From: Candidatus Caccoplasma intestinavium
GTDB lineage: Bacteria; Bacteroidota; Bacteroidia; Bacteroidales; UBA11471
Direction: 5' to 3'
Assembly: GCA_018715885.1 (NCBI GenBank)
Contig: DVKT01000006.1
Location: 49,168 to 113,167, forward strand
DNA length: 64,000 nucleotides
Below are positions 29,531-38,336 of this stretch, piece after piece. The position numbers and the translations under genes were made by a program. Numbering within the stretch: position 1 is the first letter of the stretch; every line of letters begins with the position of its first letter. The notes below the pieces were generated by a model. It worked only from the letters and a program-made list of their open reading frames with translations, searched no databases and was not told the DNA's origin.

Positions 29531-30836
29531 CTTCTATCGTTACTTTTACTTTCTCAATACGATACTTATCTATTTCAAGAATCTGGAACGAGAAACGCCC
29601 AAGACGTACCCGGTCAAGAGGTTTGGGAAAATCTTCCGTAACAAAGAGAATCAGGCCTGCCAATGTTTCCACATCATCATCGATATGAAATTCTTCGGGA
29701 TCGGCGTGTACCACTTCATAAAAATCTTCAAGCGGAATTTTAGCCTGAAATATATAATGACGATCGTCGATACACGTATACAGAGGTTCGTCCTCATCGT
29801 ACTCGTCGCTAATCTCCCCGACAATTTCTTCGAGAACATCTTCGAGCGTAACGATTCCCGACGTACCGCCAAACTCATCGACCACCACCGCCATGTGTAT
29901 TTTCTGCCTGCGGAAATCTTCAAGCAGGTCGTCTATCATCTTATCTTCGGGAACGAAATAAGCAGGACGCAAAAGGTGCCGCCAGTCAAAATCATCGCCC
30001 CGGGAAACAAAGGGTAATAAATCTTTGATGTAGATAATCCCTTTGATGTTGTCCTGAGAACCGTCATAAACGGGAATACGAGAATATCCCGTCTCGACTA
30101 CGACCCGAAGCAAAGAACTAAAATCGATATGGATATCGACATCGGTCAGGTCGGTACGCGCCGTCATAATCTCCTGAGCGGTCTTATCACCGAATCGTAC
30201 GATTTCCTGCAACATCTCTTTTTCTTCGCCCGTACCGGCATGTGTCATCTCTACGGCATGAGACAGTTCGTCCATAGAAATCGACGACTCCTTATGAGCG
30301 AAGCGCTGGCTGATATATGATGCCGAGCGTACCATCAACTTCGACACTCCGCCTAAAAAAGTTTCAAGGAAAGTCAGTACCGGCACAGCTCTACGCATCA
30401 TCTTCAAGCCATTCTGGCGAGCATATACTTTGGGTATAATCTCTCCGAACAATAAGATCAGGAAAACAAACAACACGAACTCAATCGCATATCCCACCCA
30501 CGGCGCTCGTGAAAAATCGAAAATTTCCGATAGAAAAAAAATGCCCGACATAATCACAGCCATGTTCGCCAAATTATTTACGATGAAAATTTCCATCATC
30601 AAATAGGGCGACCGGGACAACAAATCGGAAACACGGGTATCCCGCGGAGTTGCAGCAGAATCGATTTTCTCCATATCCCGAGAAGAAAGCGAGAAAAAGG
30701 CAATTTCAGAAGCCGACATAAAAGCCGATACTCCCAAGAAAAAAAGAGCTGAAATAAGAAATATGGCACTACTCCACGTAATCGGAGACACCTCGATCGA
30801 AGCCCAAAAGCTCGATAAATAACTATCAGGGTCCAA
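29511..30836 (-). CDS. gldE: GldE / CNNM-family protein (DUF21 TM domain + CBS pair + CorC_HlyC)
   Basis: 441 aa. Four N-terminal TM helices, CBS region, C-terminal CorC/transporter-associated domain. 20-nt overlap with gldD. Confidence 0.78.
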   Translation of the reverse strand: MDPDSYLSSFWASIEVSPITWSSAIFLISALFFLGVSAFMSASEIAFFSLSSRDMEKIDSAATPRDTRVSDLLSRSPYLMMEIFIVNNLANMAVIMSGIFFLSEIFDFSRAPWVGYAIEFVLFVFLILLFGEIIPKVYARQNGLKMMRRAVPVLTFLETFLGGVSKLMVRSASYISQRFAHKESSISMDELSHAVEMTHAGTGEEKEMLQEIVRFGDKTAQEIMTARTDLTDVDIHIDFSSLLRVVVETGYSRIPVYDGSQDNIKGIIYIKDLLPFVSRGDDFDWRHLLRPAYFVPEDKMIDDLLEDFRRQKIHMAVVVDEFGGTSGIVTLEDVLEEIVGEISDEYDEDEPLYTCIDDRHYIFQAKIPLEDFYEVVHADPEEFHIDDDVETLAGLILFVTEDFPKPLDRVRLGRFSFQILEIDKYRIEKVKVTIEDEDVSQ

Positions 30837-30931
30837 ACAGATAAGTTTTAGTTAAACATAACGGGACGGACTTTTCAAACCGTACCGATCGGCAAAAAAG
30901 AGATTTCAAAAATTCCTTTCCATACCGTTTG

Positions 30932-30939
30932 CAAAACTA
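30932..30939 (-). promoter_or_regulatory. -7 box (TAGTTTTG), candidate gldE promoter
   Basis: TAnnTTTG match on the minus strand ~95 nt upstream of ATG 30836. Confidence 0.35.
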
Positions 30940-31008
30940 ACGATATTTTGCACGTATACCCGATTGCAAGAAATGTTTTAATATTTTTTTACAAGAGCAT
31001 ATATAAAT

Positions 31009-31040
31009 AAAAACCCGGAACAAAATTCCGGGTTTTGTTT
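31009..31040. terminator. Intrinsic terminator downstream of ssb
   Basis: aaaacccggaa-caaaa-ttccgggtttt, T-rich on both flanks. Confidence 0.75.
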
Positions 31041-31061
31041 ATAGACGTTCGTACTACTTCA

Positions 31062-31508
31062 TTAAAAAGGCAGGTCGTCCGACGCATCAGTCGGAGTAAA
31101 AGTAGAGGTTGCAGCCGGCTGCGAAGGAGTCGCCATCGACATATTATTATTCATACTGTCTCCTGCCGGTTGGTCGCTACGACGCCCCAAAAGCTGCATA
31201 TTGTCGGCATAAATCTCGGTGATATAGCGAGTAGCACCGTCGACTTCATAATTACGAGTACGAATACGGCCCTCGATATAAAGCTGCGTTCCTTTACGCA
31301 CATATTTCTCGGCCGTTTCGGCCAAACCTCGCCACAACACGATATTGTGCCATTCGGTACGGTCGGGAACCTGTACTCCGGCCCGCGTCGTATAACCGCG
31401 CTCGGTGGTTGCTAACGGGAAGTTGGCCACAGCCACGTTGTTGTCGAGGTATCTTACCTCGGGGTCTTTTCCTACATTACCTATCAGGATTACTTTATTG
31501 ACAGACAT
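31062..31508 (-). CDS. ssb: Single-stranded DNA-binding protein
   Basis: 148 aa. OB-fold N-terminus MSVNKVILIGNVGKDPEVRY. Acidic tip DDLPF. Confidence 0.93.
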   Translation of the reverse strand: MSVNKVILIGNVGKDPEVRYLDNNVAVANFPLATTERGYTTRAGVQVPDRTEWHNIVLWRGLAETAEKYVRKGTQLYIEGRIRTRNYEVDGATRYITEIYADNMQLLGRRSDQPAGDSMNNNMSMATPSQPAATSTFTPTDASDDLPF

Positions 31509-31532
31509 ATTTTTTATTTTTACATGATTCTA

Positions 31533-31540
31533 CAAAGATA
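31533..31540 (-). promoter_or_regulatory. -7 box (TATCTTTG) for ssb
   Basis: TAnnTTTG match on the minus strand 25 nt upstream of ATG 31508. Confidence 0.6.
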
Positions 31541-31597
31541 GTGCAAATCGAGGGCTATACAAAATTATTTTTCTATCTGCTTCTACCCATCGTTTTT

Positions 31598-31633
31598 AAA
31601 AAACAAAATCCCTGTTCCGTGCAAACAGGGATT
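31598..31633 (-). terminator. Intrinsic terminator at the end of the arg-proC operon
   Basis: aaatccctgtt-ccgtgca-aacagggattt. The minus-strand reading is followed by a U-run (plus-strand aaaaaacaaaa). Confidence 0.75.
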
Positions 31634-31670
31634 TATGGCAAGAGAGATTCCTCCCGCATTTCTTCAATAA

Positions 31671-32444
31671 TTACAAACAAGCTTTCATCGCCCGGATAAT
31701 AGCAGAAGAAAATCCGGCATGTTCCAGCTCATTGAGACCCTTGATAGTTACCCCGCCGGGAGTCGTTACCTTATCGATCTCTACGGCAGGATGAGTATCG
31801 TTGTGGAGAATAAGCTCGGCCGCTCCTTTTACCGACTCGGCAATCATTTTCATCGCCGTACCGGGCGCGATTCCCATCTCGACCCCAGCCTCGGTTGCTG
31901 CATGTATATACTTCAACACATACGCAATCCCGCATGACGTAACAATCATGGCAGCTGTCATCTGCGATTCGGGAATAATCATCGCCAAACCCAACTCATT
32001 GAAAAGGGAAAGAATAATCTGTTCCTGTTCGGCCGATGCATTGCGAGACGATATAAGCGTCATACTCGACAATTCCGAAATGGCCGTATTGGGAATCATT
32101 CTGAAAATCGTCCGTTCATACCCCAGACATTTTGCCAAAGCCTCGAAAGTAACCCCGGCTGCAATCGATATGACGACCTGCTCCGGCCGGAACTTAATCG
32201 ATTTCACCACCATATCGATCAACCACGGTTTCACAGCCAAGATCACCCAATCGGCAACATCGACGGCTTTTTGATTGTCGGTTGTCGTATTGATACGGGA
32301 ATCGAACGCTTTTAAATCGTCGAGTTTCGACAAAGACGGATTGGAAACCCAGATATCTCCGGCAGCTATCACCGTTCCTTGCGCCAATCCTTTCGCAATG
32401 GCCCCGCCCATATTTCCGGCTCCGATAATCGCAATTTTCATCAC
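31671..32444 (-). CDS. proC: Pyrroline-5-carboxylate reductase
   Basis: 257 aa. IIGAGNMGGAI loop and ProC C-terminal dimerisation region. ATGA overlap with argD. Confidence 0.9.
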   Translation of the reverse strand: MMKIAIIGAGNMGGAIAKGLAQGTVIAAGDIWVSNPSLSKLDDLKAFDSRINTTTDNQKAVDVADWVILAVKPWLIDMVVKSIKFRPEQVVISIAAGVTFEALAKCLGYERTIFRMIPNTAISELSSMTLISSRNASAEQEQIILSLFNELGLAMIIPESQMTAAMIVTSCGIAYVLKYIHAATEAGVEMGIAPGTAMKMIAESVKGAAELILHNDTHPAVEIDKVTTPGGVTIKGLNELEHAGFSSAIIRAMKACL

Positions 32445-33577
32445 ATCTGTTTTTTTGATAAGACTTTTTTGAACCGTTCCATAAACTCGGCCGCATCATC
32501 GATCGTAAGTGTCAAAGGCGGCAGTAGACGGATCACATTCGTGCCCGCAACCCCCGTAAATACTTTATAATCGAAGAGCAACGAAGTCCTCAATTCCTTG
32601 ATAGACTCATCAAATTCGATACCGATCATCAATCCGCGTCCGCGTACCTCTTTGATACCCGGCAACTGTTTCAACTGCTCGATGAGCCACGTCCCCACGC
32701 GAGCCGCATTGTCGACGAGAGCTTCTTTCTCCATAATATCGAGAACCGCAATAGCCGCAGTACATGCCAAATGATTGCCTCCAAACGTAGTACCCAACAT
32801 ACCATATACGGGAGTGAACATGGGACTGATAAGCAATCCGCCTATGGGAAATCCGTTTCCCATACCTTTGGCCATTGTAATAATATCGGGACGAATACCG
32901 GCATACTGATGGGCGAAGAACTTTCCGCTACGACCGTAGCCCGACTGTATCTCATCGACAATAAGCACCGTACCCGTTTCGGTACAAATGTCCCGCAATC
33001 GGCGCAGGAACTCGTCATCGGGCAACTGTATACCACCTACCCCTTGTATGCCCTCGATCACGACAGCACACACATCGCCGGCCGACAACTCGCGACGCAC
33101 AGCATCTATATCGTTCAGTGCGAGATACACAACCTCGAACGTATGATTTATCGGTGCTATGATTTTGGGGTTATCGGTTATGTTTACAGCAGCCGACGTA
33201 CGGCCATGAAAAGAGTGCGCAAACGAAACGACTTTTTTCTTCCCTGTATGGAACGATGCCAGTTTCAACGCATTTTCATTGGCCTCGGCACCGGAATTGA
33301 TCAGGAAGAGACTGTAATCGTCATATCCCGACGCACGGCCGAGCTTATCGGCCAATTCGATTTGCAGGGTATTGATTACCGAATTGGAATAAAACGAAAG
33401 CTGATTGAGCTGTTTCGTCAACTTTTCCACATAATAAGGATGGGTATGACCTACCGAAATTACGGCATGACCGCCGTAAAGGTCGAGATACTCGTTTCCT
33501 TTATCGTCATACACATGACAACCTTTTCCCCGGACGACATTGATATCGAAAAGAGGATATACATCAAATAATTTCAT
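32441..33577 (-). CDS. argD: N-acyl(acetyl/succinyl)ornithine aminotransferase, class III PLP enzyme
   Basis: 378 aa. DEIQSGYGRSGK motif; PLP-lysine region ITMAKGMGNGFP. Confidence 0.9.
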   Translation of the reverse strand: MKLFDVYPLFDINVVRGKGCHVYDDKGNEYLDLYGGHAVISVGHTHPYYVEKLTKQLNQLSFYSNSVINTLQIELADKLGRASGYDDYSLFLINSGAEANENALKLASFHTGKKKVVSFAHSFHGRTSAAVNITDNPKIIAPINHTFEVVYLALNDIDAVRRELSAGDVCAVVIEGIQGVGGIQLPDDEFLRRLRDICTETGTVLIVDEIQSGYGRSGKFFAHQYAGIRPDIITMAKGMGNGFPIGGLLISPMFTPVYGMLGTTFGGNHLACTAAIAVLDIMEKEALVDNAARVGTWLIEQLKQLPGIKEVRGRGLMIGIEFDESIKELRTSLLFDYKVFTGVAGTNVIRLLPPLTLTIDDAAEFMERFKKVLSKKQM

Positions 33578-33599
33578 AATCGTTCGTTTTTAATCCTTA

Positions 33600-34577
33600 T
33601 CAGAATGCCGAAGGTTTCAATTTCAAACCGGCCACTTCGGTCAGGCCGAAAAGCAGATTCATATTATGTACCGCTTGTCCCGACGCACCTTTAAGCAGAT
33701 TGTCTATGGCCGAAAGGATAAGCAGCTTATTTCCGTGCTTCTCGAGATGCAACAAACATTTATTGGTATTCACCACCTGTTTCAAATCGAGATTGGCATC
33801 GGTTACGAATGTAAACGAATGGTCATCGTAATACTCTTCATACAATCGGCGAATCTCTTCGAGCTCTACGGGGCATTCGGTATACATCGACACGAAAATT
33901 CCCCGGGCAAAATCTCCCCGCACGGGAATAAAATTGAGGTCGGCCGAGAAACTATGCTGCAACTGCGAGAGACTCTGCCGTATCTCGGGCAGATGCTGGT
34001 GGGTAAACGGCTTATAGACCGACATATTGTTGTTCCGCCAACTGAAATGCGATGTAGATGTCGGTTTCTGACCGGCTCCGGTACTTCCGGTAATCGCCGT
34101 AATGTGTACGGGATTATTCAACAGCAGATTTTTCGCCAACGGCAACAACCCCAATTGTATGGCCGTTGCGAAACAGCCGGGATTGGCAATGTGCCGCGCC
34201 CGGATTATACGCTTACGATTCAACTCGGGAAGACCATACACAAAATCATGTTCGTCGCTTTCGATACGGAAATCCATCGAAAGATCGACAACTCGCAACT
34301 CGTCGGGCAAGGTATGCGTTTCCAGGAACTTACGTGTATCGCCATGCGCCGTACAGAAAAAGAGACAATCGATTTCGGACAAAGGCAATTCATCGGTAAA
34401 GATCAGATCGGTTTCTCCATAAAGTCCGCTATGCACATCGGTAATTCGGTTTCCCGCATTACTGGCACTGTTTACAAAAACGACTTCCACATCGGGGTGA
34501 TTGATGAGCAACCGCAACAACTCCCCCGCCGTATATCCGGCTCCGCCTATGATTCCAACTTTTATCATGAACGTCAT
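33600..34577 (-). CDS. argC: N-acyl-gamma-glutamyl-phosphate reductase
   Basis: 325 aa. GGAGYTAGELLRLL motif, active-site NPGCFATA. Alternative start at 34568 (MIKVG). Confidence 0.93.
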   Translation of the reverse strand: MTFMIKVGIIGGAGYTAGELLRLLINHPDVEVVFVNSASNAGNRITDVHSGLYGETDLIFTDELPLSEIDCLFFCTAHGDTRKFLETHTLPDELRVVDLSMDFRIESDEHDFVYGLPELNRKRIIRARHIANPGCFATAIQLGLLPLAKNLLLNNPVHITAITGSTGAGQKPTSTSHFSWRNNNMSVYKPFTHQHLPEIRQSLSQLQHSFSADLNFIPVRGDFARGIFVSMYTECPVELEEIRRLYEEYYDDHSFTFVTDANLDLKQVVNTNKCLLHLEKHGNKLLILSAIDNLLKGASGQAVHNMNLLFGLTEVAGLKLKPSAF

Positions 34578-34589
34578 CTTTATTTCCCG

Positions 34590-34796
34590 TCAACCCTCTA
34601 TCCGAGGACGATTGGGAATTACAAACAATAAAATAATATAGAGCAATACCCCCATAAAAGCAGTAAGCAGCGAAAGCAATACATACACAACGCGCACCAC
34701 CGTAGGGTCAACATCGAAATATTCGCCCAATCCACCGCAGATACCCGCAAAAACACGGTTATCCGACGAGCGATAGAGCCTTTTCACAGATGTCAT
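34590..34796 (-). CDS. PspC-domain small membrane protein
   Basis: 68 aa. RLYRSSDNRVFAGICGGLGEYFDVDPTVVRVVYVLL is a PspC-domain pattern, followed by one TM helix. Confidence 0.72.
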   Translation of the reverse strand: MTSVKRLYRSSDNRVFAGICGGLGEYFDVDPTVVRVVYVLLSLLTAFMGVLLYIILLFVIPNRPRIEG

Positions 34797-34798
34797 TT

Positions 34799-36004
34799 CT
34801 ACAACTCCTCGTCTTTATGATTGGTATAGTAGACACGCAGCGGAGTAGATGTTACTTTGATAAATCCTTTGGCGTCTTCGGCTGTCCAGCCTTTCTGCAT
34901 TTCACCATACTCCCCGAACTTGGTCTTTACCAAATCGTCTTTGGAATCGACACCGACAGTAGAGAACGAAAGGGGACGCAGCTCGAGAATAACCGTACCG
35001 TTGACATTACGCTGAGAACTCTGCAACATCGCCTCTATGTCGCGCATTACGGGTTCGAGATACTGACTCTCGTGCAAGAACATTCCGTACCAGTTGGCCA
35101 CTTGGTCTTTCCAGTACTGCTGCCACTTGCTGAGCGTATATTTCTCGAGGAAACGGTGAGCGCCGATAATAAGCATCGGAGCAGCCGCTTCGAAGCCCAC
35201 ACGCCCTTTGATACCGATGATGGTATCTCCCACATGCATGTCGCGACCGATACCGTAAGCCGCCCCGATTTCTTCGACTTTGAGAATCGCTTCGATGGGA
35301 TCGTCGTACTTGACACCGTTGACACCGCACAATTCGCCTTCCTTAAATTCGAGGCGCAGTTCTTCGCTGCCGGTTTTGGTAACTTGTTTGAGATATGCGG
35401 TTTCGGGAAGACCTTGCTTCGAGTCGAGAATCTCTCCGCCGCAAATCGACGTTCCCCAAAGACCTACATTATATGAGTACTTCAATTTTGTCCAGTCGGC
35501 AGCAAAGCCGTGCTGATTGAGATAGTCAATTTCATATTGCCGGGTAAGAGCCATATCGCGGGTAAGTGTTATGATTTCGACACCCGGCGTAAGAACAAGG
35601 AAAGTCATATCGAAACGTATCTGGTCGTTTCCTGCACCGGTAGAACCGTGCGCTATCGCATCGGCACCGATTTCCTGAGCATACCGGGCAATGGCCAACG
35701 CCTGAAAAATACGTTCGGAGCTTACCGAGATAGGATAAGTACCATTCCGTAAAACATTTCCGTAAACCATATATTTGAGACTTTTCTCGTAATACTCACG
35801 CGTTACATCGAGTGTTACATATTTCACAGCCCCCAATTTATAAGCATTCTCCTCGTTTTGTTTCAACTGCTCGGCACTGAATCCGCCGGTATTGGCGCAA
35901 GCGGCATATACTTCATAACCTTTTTCTTTGGCCAGATACATAACGGTAAACGATGTATCCAATCCGCCGCTGAAAGCAACGACAACTTTCTTTTTCTTTT
36001 CCAT
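34799..36004 (-). CDS. argG: Argininosuccinate synthase
   Basis: ORF 34799..36163 trimmed to ATG 36004 (MEKKKKVVVAFSGGLDTSF), which abuts the stop of the upstream GNAT gene at 36015. Confidence 0.93.
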   Translation of the reverse strand: MEKKKKVVVAFSGGLDTSFTVMYLAKEKGYEVYAACANTGGFSAEQLKQNEENAYKLGAVKYVTLDVTREYYEKSLKYMVYGNVLRNGTYPISVSSERIFQALAIARYAQEIGADAIAHGSTGAGNDQIRFDMTFLVLTPGVEIITLTRDMALTRQYEIDYLNQHGFAADWTKLKYSYNVGLWGTSICGGEILDSKQGLPETAYLKQVTKTGSEELRLEFKEGELCGVNGVKYDDPIEAILKVEEIGAAYGIGRDMHVGDTIIGIKGRVGFEAAAPMLIIGAHRFLEKYTLSKWQQYWKDQVANWYGMFLHESQYLEPVMRDIEAMLQSSQRNVNGTVILELRPLSFSTVGVDSKDDLVKTKFGEYGEMQKGWTAEDAKGFIKVTSTPLRVYYTNHKDEEL

Positions 36005-36014
36005 ATCTCGTTTT

Positions 36015-36590
36015 TTATTTATTTTCTTCGTGATGATGATCTTTTTCCTGATGCTCCTTCGGGTCGTATAACATAGCAGTGCAAATGCAGAACTTTCGTT
36101 TCTTCGCCACCAAAATATCATGGTTGATGCAACCTTCGCAACCGCGCCAAAAAGCATCATCATCGGTCAACTCGTTGAACGTTACGGGAACGTACCCCAA
36201 TTCGGTGTTCATCTTCATAACGGCGGCACCGCTCGTCAACGAAAAGATTTTCGCCCACGGCCAACGCAAGCGGGCCAACTGGAAAGAAGCCTGTTTGATA
36301 CGTTTCGCCAACCCGAGCCCCCGGTACTTCGGGTGTACGATAAGTCCCGAAGTGGCGACATATTGCTTGTTCCCCCATGACTCGATATAGGTAAATCCTG
36401 CAAAATCATCACCGCACAAAGCGATAATGGCTTTACCCTCTTTCATCTTCTGCGCTACATACTCATGAGTACGCTCGGCAATGCCGGTTCCACGTACTTT
36501 GGCGGCCTCTCTGATGGTATCCAGTATCGTATCGACATACACCTCATGGGAGGCATCGGCAACCATCACTTCAATATCCTGAGATTCCAT
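36015..36590 (-). CDS. GNAT-family N-acyltransferase of the arginine operon (ArgA-like; candidate N-acetyl/N-succinyl-glutamate synthase)
   Basis: 191 aa. GNAT acyl-CoA pocket LIVHPKYRGLGLAKRI. C-terminal Cys cluster WRGCEGC...KFCIC. Lies between argR and argG. Confidence 0.72.
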   Translation of the reverse strand: MESQDIEVMVADASHEVYVDTILDTIREAAKVRGTGIAERTHEYVAQKMKEGKAIIALCGDDFAGFTYIESWGNKQYVATSGLIVHPKYRGLGLAKRIKQASFQLARLRWPWAKIFSLTSGAAVMKMNTELGYVPVTFNELTDDDAFWRGCEGCINHDILVAKKRKFCICTAMLYDPKEHQEKDHHHEENK

Positions 36591-36622
36591 TTTAATTTTT
36601 GAATAAGTCGAAATGTATTTTA

Positions 36623-37099
36623 TTATTGAATATTCGGTATAATTATGCGTAATGCTTCGACGGCTCTTTCCCGGCTCACTTCTTCACGCCAAATGAGCAA
36701 AACGGTATCGTCTCCGGCAATAGTCCCCAACAACTCGGGCAGTGTATGGGCATCGATATCCGATGCGGTACTTCCCGCATAACCGGGACGGGTTTTTATA
36801 ACTGCCATATTTCCGGAAAAAGAAATAGAAAGAAACCCGTTGGAAGCAGCAAAGGATCCACCCCGTGAAATTTTCGGACGACGCGACAATCCCGCCAATT
36901 CGGGAAGAATATACTGATAACCTCCGGCCGGCAAAGATACTTTCACGATTTGCAACTGTTTCAGATCCCGCGACAAGGTAGCTTGCGTCAAATCAAAACC
37001 TTGCTCACGCAAACGCTGCAACAGCTCCTCCTGTCCGCTGACCCGATTGGCGCTTACAATCGATTTGATAGCTTCTAATCTGTTGACTTTATCTTTCAT
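36623..37099 (-). CDS. argR: Arginine repressor
   Basis: 158 aa. N-terminal winged helix (QEELLQRLREQGFDLTQATLSRDLKQL). C-terminal GTIAGDDTVL arginine-binding motif. Confidence 0.9.
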   Translation of the reverse strand: MKDKVNRLEAIKSIVSANRVSGQEELLQRLREQGFDLTQATLSRDLKQLQIVKVSLPAGGYQYILPELAGLSRRPKISRGGSFAASNGFLSISFSGNMAVIKTRPGYAGSTASDIDAHTLPELLGTIAGDDTVLLIWREEVSRERAVEALRIIIPNIQ

Positions 37100-37104
37100 A
37101 GCGT

Positions 37105-37118
37105 TGCATATTTATTCC
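37105..37118 (-). promoter_or_regulatory. Candidate ARG box 1 (minus strand GGAATAAATATGCA)
   Basis: AT-rich 14-mer resembling the TGAAT-w4-ATTCA ArgR operator class. Lies between the -7 box and the argR ATG. 10/14 identical to box 2. Confidence 0.25.
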
Positions 37119-37129
37119 TTTTCGGACCG

Positions 37130-37137
37130 CAAATATA
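37130..37137 (-). promoter_or_regulatory. -7 box (TATATTTG) for the argR operon
   Basis: TAnnTTTG match on the minus strand 31 nt upstream of ATG 37099. Confidence 0.55.
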
Positions 37138-37157
37138 CGTATAAAAATTTATATCGA

Positions 37158-37171
37158 TGCATTTTTATCAA
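37158..37171 (-). promoter_or_regulatory. Candidate ARG box 2 (minus strand TTGATAAAAATGCA)
   Basis: Second similar 14-mer ~53 bp (about five helical turns) upstream of box 1, flanking the -7 box. Confidence 0.25.
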
Positions 37172-37347
37172 AAATTTATCACCGATGGAATTTTTCAACG
37201 CTTACGCAATCTATACAACACTGTTTATAAAAAGATTACCTATCGGGAAAATTTTAGTTTCCCAATTCTCAATTTCGTTTTTTATTCATAATAATGTATA
37301 TTTTCTACAAACGAAAAAAATCGAGCCAATGACAAAAGCAATGCCAT

Positions 37348-38130
37348 TCAATCAAAAAAGGAAGAAATCTCTGCTATTTTTCCATAAGCCGTCTGGTCGC
37401 AAAGACAAGGTACGACCGAAACATATCGGTTTGCCAAAAAATATTCATCGGTATCCGTTGCCTCAGGCTCCGTGTTGACAAAATGGCCGGTAAGAAAATA
37501 GCCCTCCCGACCCTTCTCCCCGACACGCAATTCATACTCTTCGGACCAATAGCCCCGAGCCTGACGACATACACGAAGCCCCCGAATAGGTTGTACCGGG
37601 AAATTGACATTCAGACACACACCGTCGGGCAGACCCGATGACAAAACCCGTGTAACAATACGACGCACATAATCCCTACACGGAGAAAAATCGGCATCAG
37701 CATCATGCGAAAGCAATGAAAATCCCACAGAAGGGATATTCACCACACAGCCTTCGAGTACAGCCCCCATCGTTCCCGAATAAAGAATACTCACTCCGGC
37801 ATTGGACCCATGATTGATACCCGACAAAATAAGATCGGGACGAAACTCGGAAAAAGCATGCAGCGCCAACTTCACACAATCGACCGGAGTCCCGTTACAA
37901 GCATAAAACTCCGCGCCGGAAAACGAATCTATTTTTTCAAGAAAAAGTGGCACACCCGATGTAATCGCCCCCGACTGCCCCGAACGAGCACTATCGGGTG
38001 CAACAACCCGTATATCGCCCAAATCAGAAACATAATCGACCAAAGAACGTAGCCCTTTCGCCCCGATACCGTCATCATTGGTAATGAGAATACGAGGTTT
38101 CCGACTGGAATTATAATCACTTAAAGACAT
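37348..38130 (-). CDS. surE: 5'/3'-nucleotidase SurE
   Basis: ORF trimmed to ATG 38130 (MSLSDYNSSRKPRILITNDDGIGAKG), because a -7 box lies at 38150..38157. Confidence 0.9.
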   Translation of the reverse strand: MSLSDYNSSRKPRILITNDDGIGAKGLRSLVDYVSDLGDIRVVAPDSARSGQSGAITSGVPLFLEKIDSFSGAEFYACNGTPVDCVKLALHAFSEFRPDLILSGINHGSNAGVSILYSGTMGAVLEGCVVNIPSVGFSLLSHDADADFSPCRDYVRRIVTRVLSSGLPDGVCLNVNFPVQPIRGLRVCRQARGYWSEEYELRVGEKGREGYFLTGHFVNTEPEATDTDEYFLANRYVSVVPCLCDQTAYGKIAEISSFFD

Positions 38131-38149
38131 AATCAAGCATTTTATGAGG

Positions 38150-38157
38150 CAAATATA
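38150..38157 (-). promoter_or_regulatory. -7 box (TATATTTG) for surE
   Basis: TAnnTTTG match on the minus strand 20 nt upstream of ATG 38130. Confidence 0.55.
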
Positions 38158-38253
38158 CAAAAAATCCGCATCGTTCCGCAAGAAGCCATCGGCAAGAGAA
38201 AGATAGAGAATGCTAAAATAGATAAAACCCTATCAATCTTTTCGGTAAATTCG

Positions 38254-38261
38254 TATCTTTG
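38254..38261 (+). promoter_or_regulatory. -7 box (TATCTTTG) 213 nt upstream of parA
   Basis: Exact TAnnTTTG match. Either a long parA leader or an independent small transcript starts here. Confidence 0.4.
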
Positions 38262-38265
38262 CCAT

Positions 38266-38336
38266 GAGATAACCTCAAAAGGAGTCAGTAACAAAATCGG
38301 CACACCGTATTCAGATTTCCCATATAAGGTTATCTT
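38266..38336 (+). other. 10-bp long-range hairpin at the predicted 5' end of the parA-upstream transcript
   Basis: gagataacct (38266..38275) pairs with aggttatctt (38327..38336; 9 Watson-Crick pairs + 1 G-U), enclosing ~51 nt. Begins ~5 nt after the -7 box. Confidence 0.35.

Noticed and set aside
37047-37478. 143-aa + strand ORF covering the argR-surE spacer
   Set aside because: It overlaps the argR 5' end and the surE 3' end in antisense. The middle is AT-rich promoter/operator DNA, and there is no motif.
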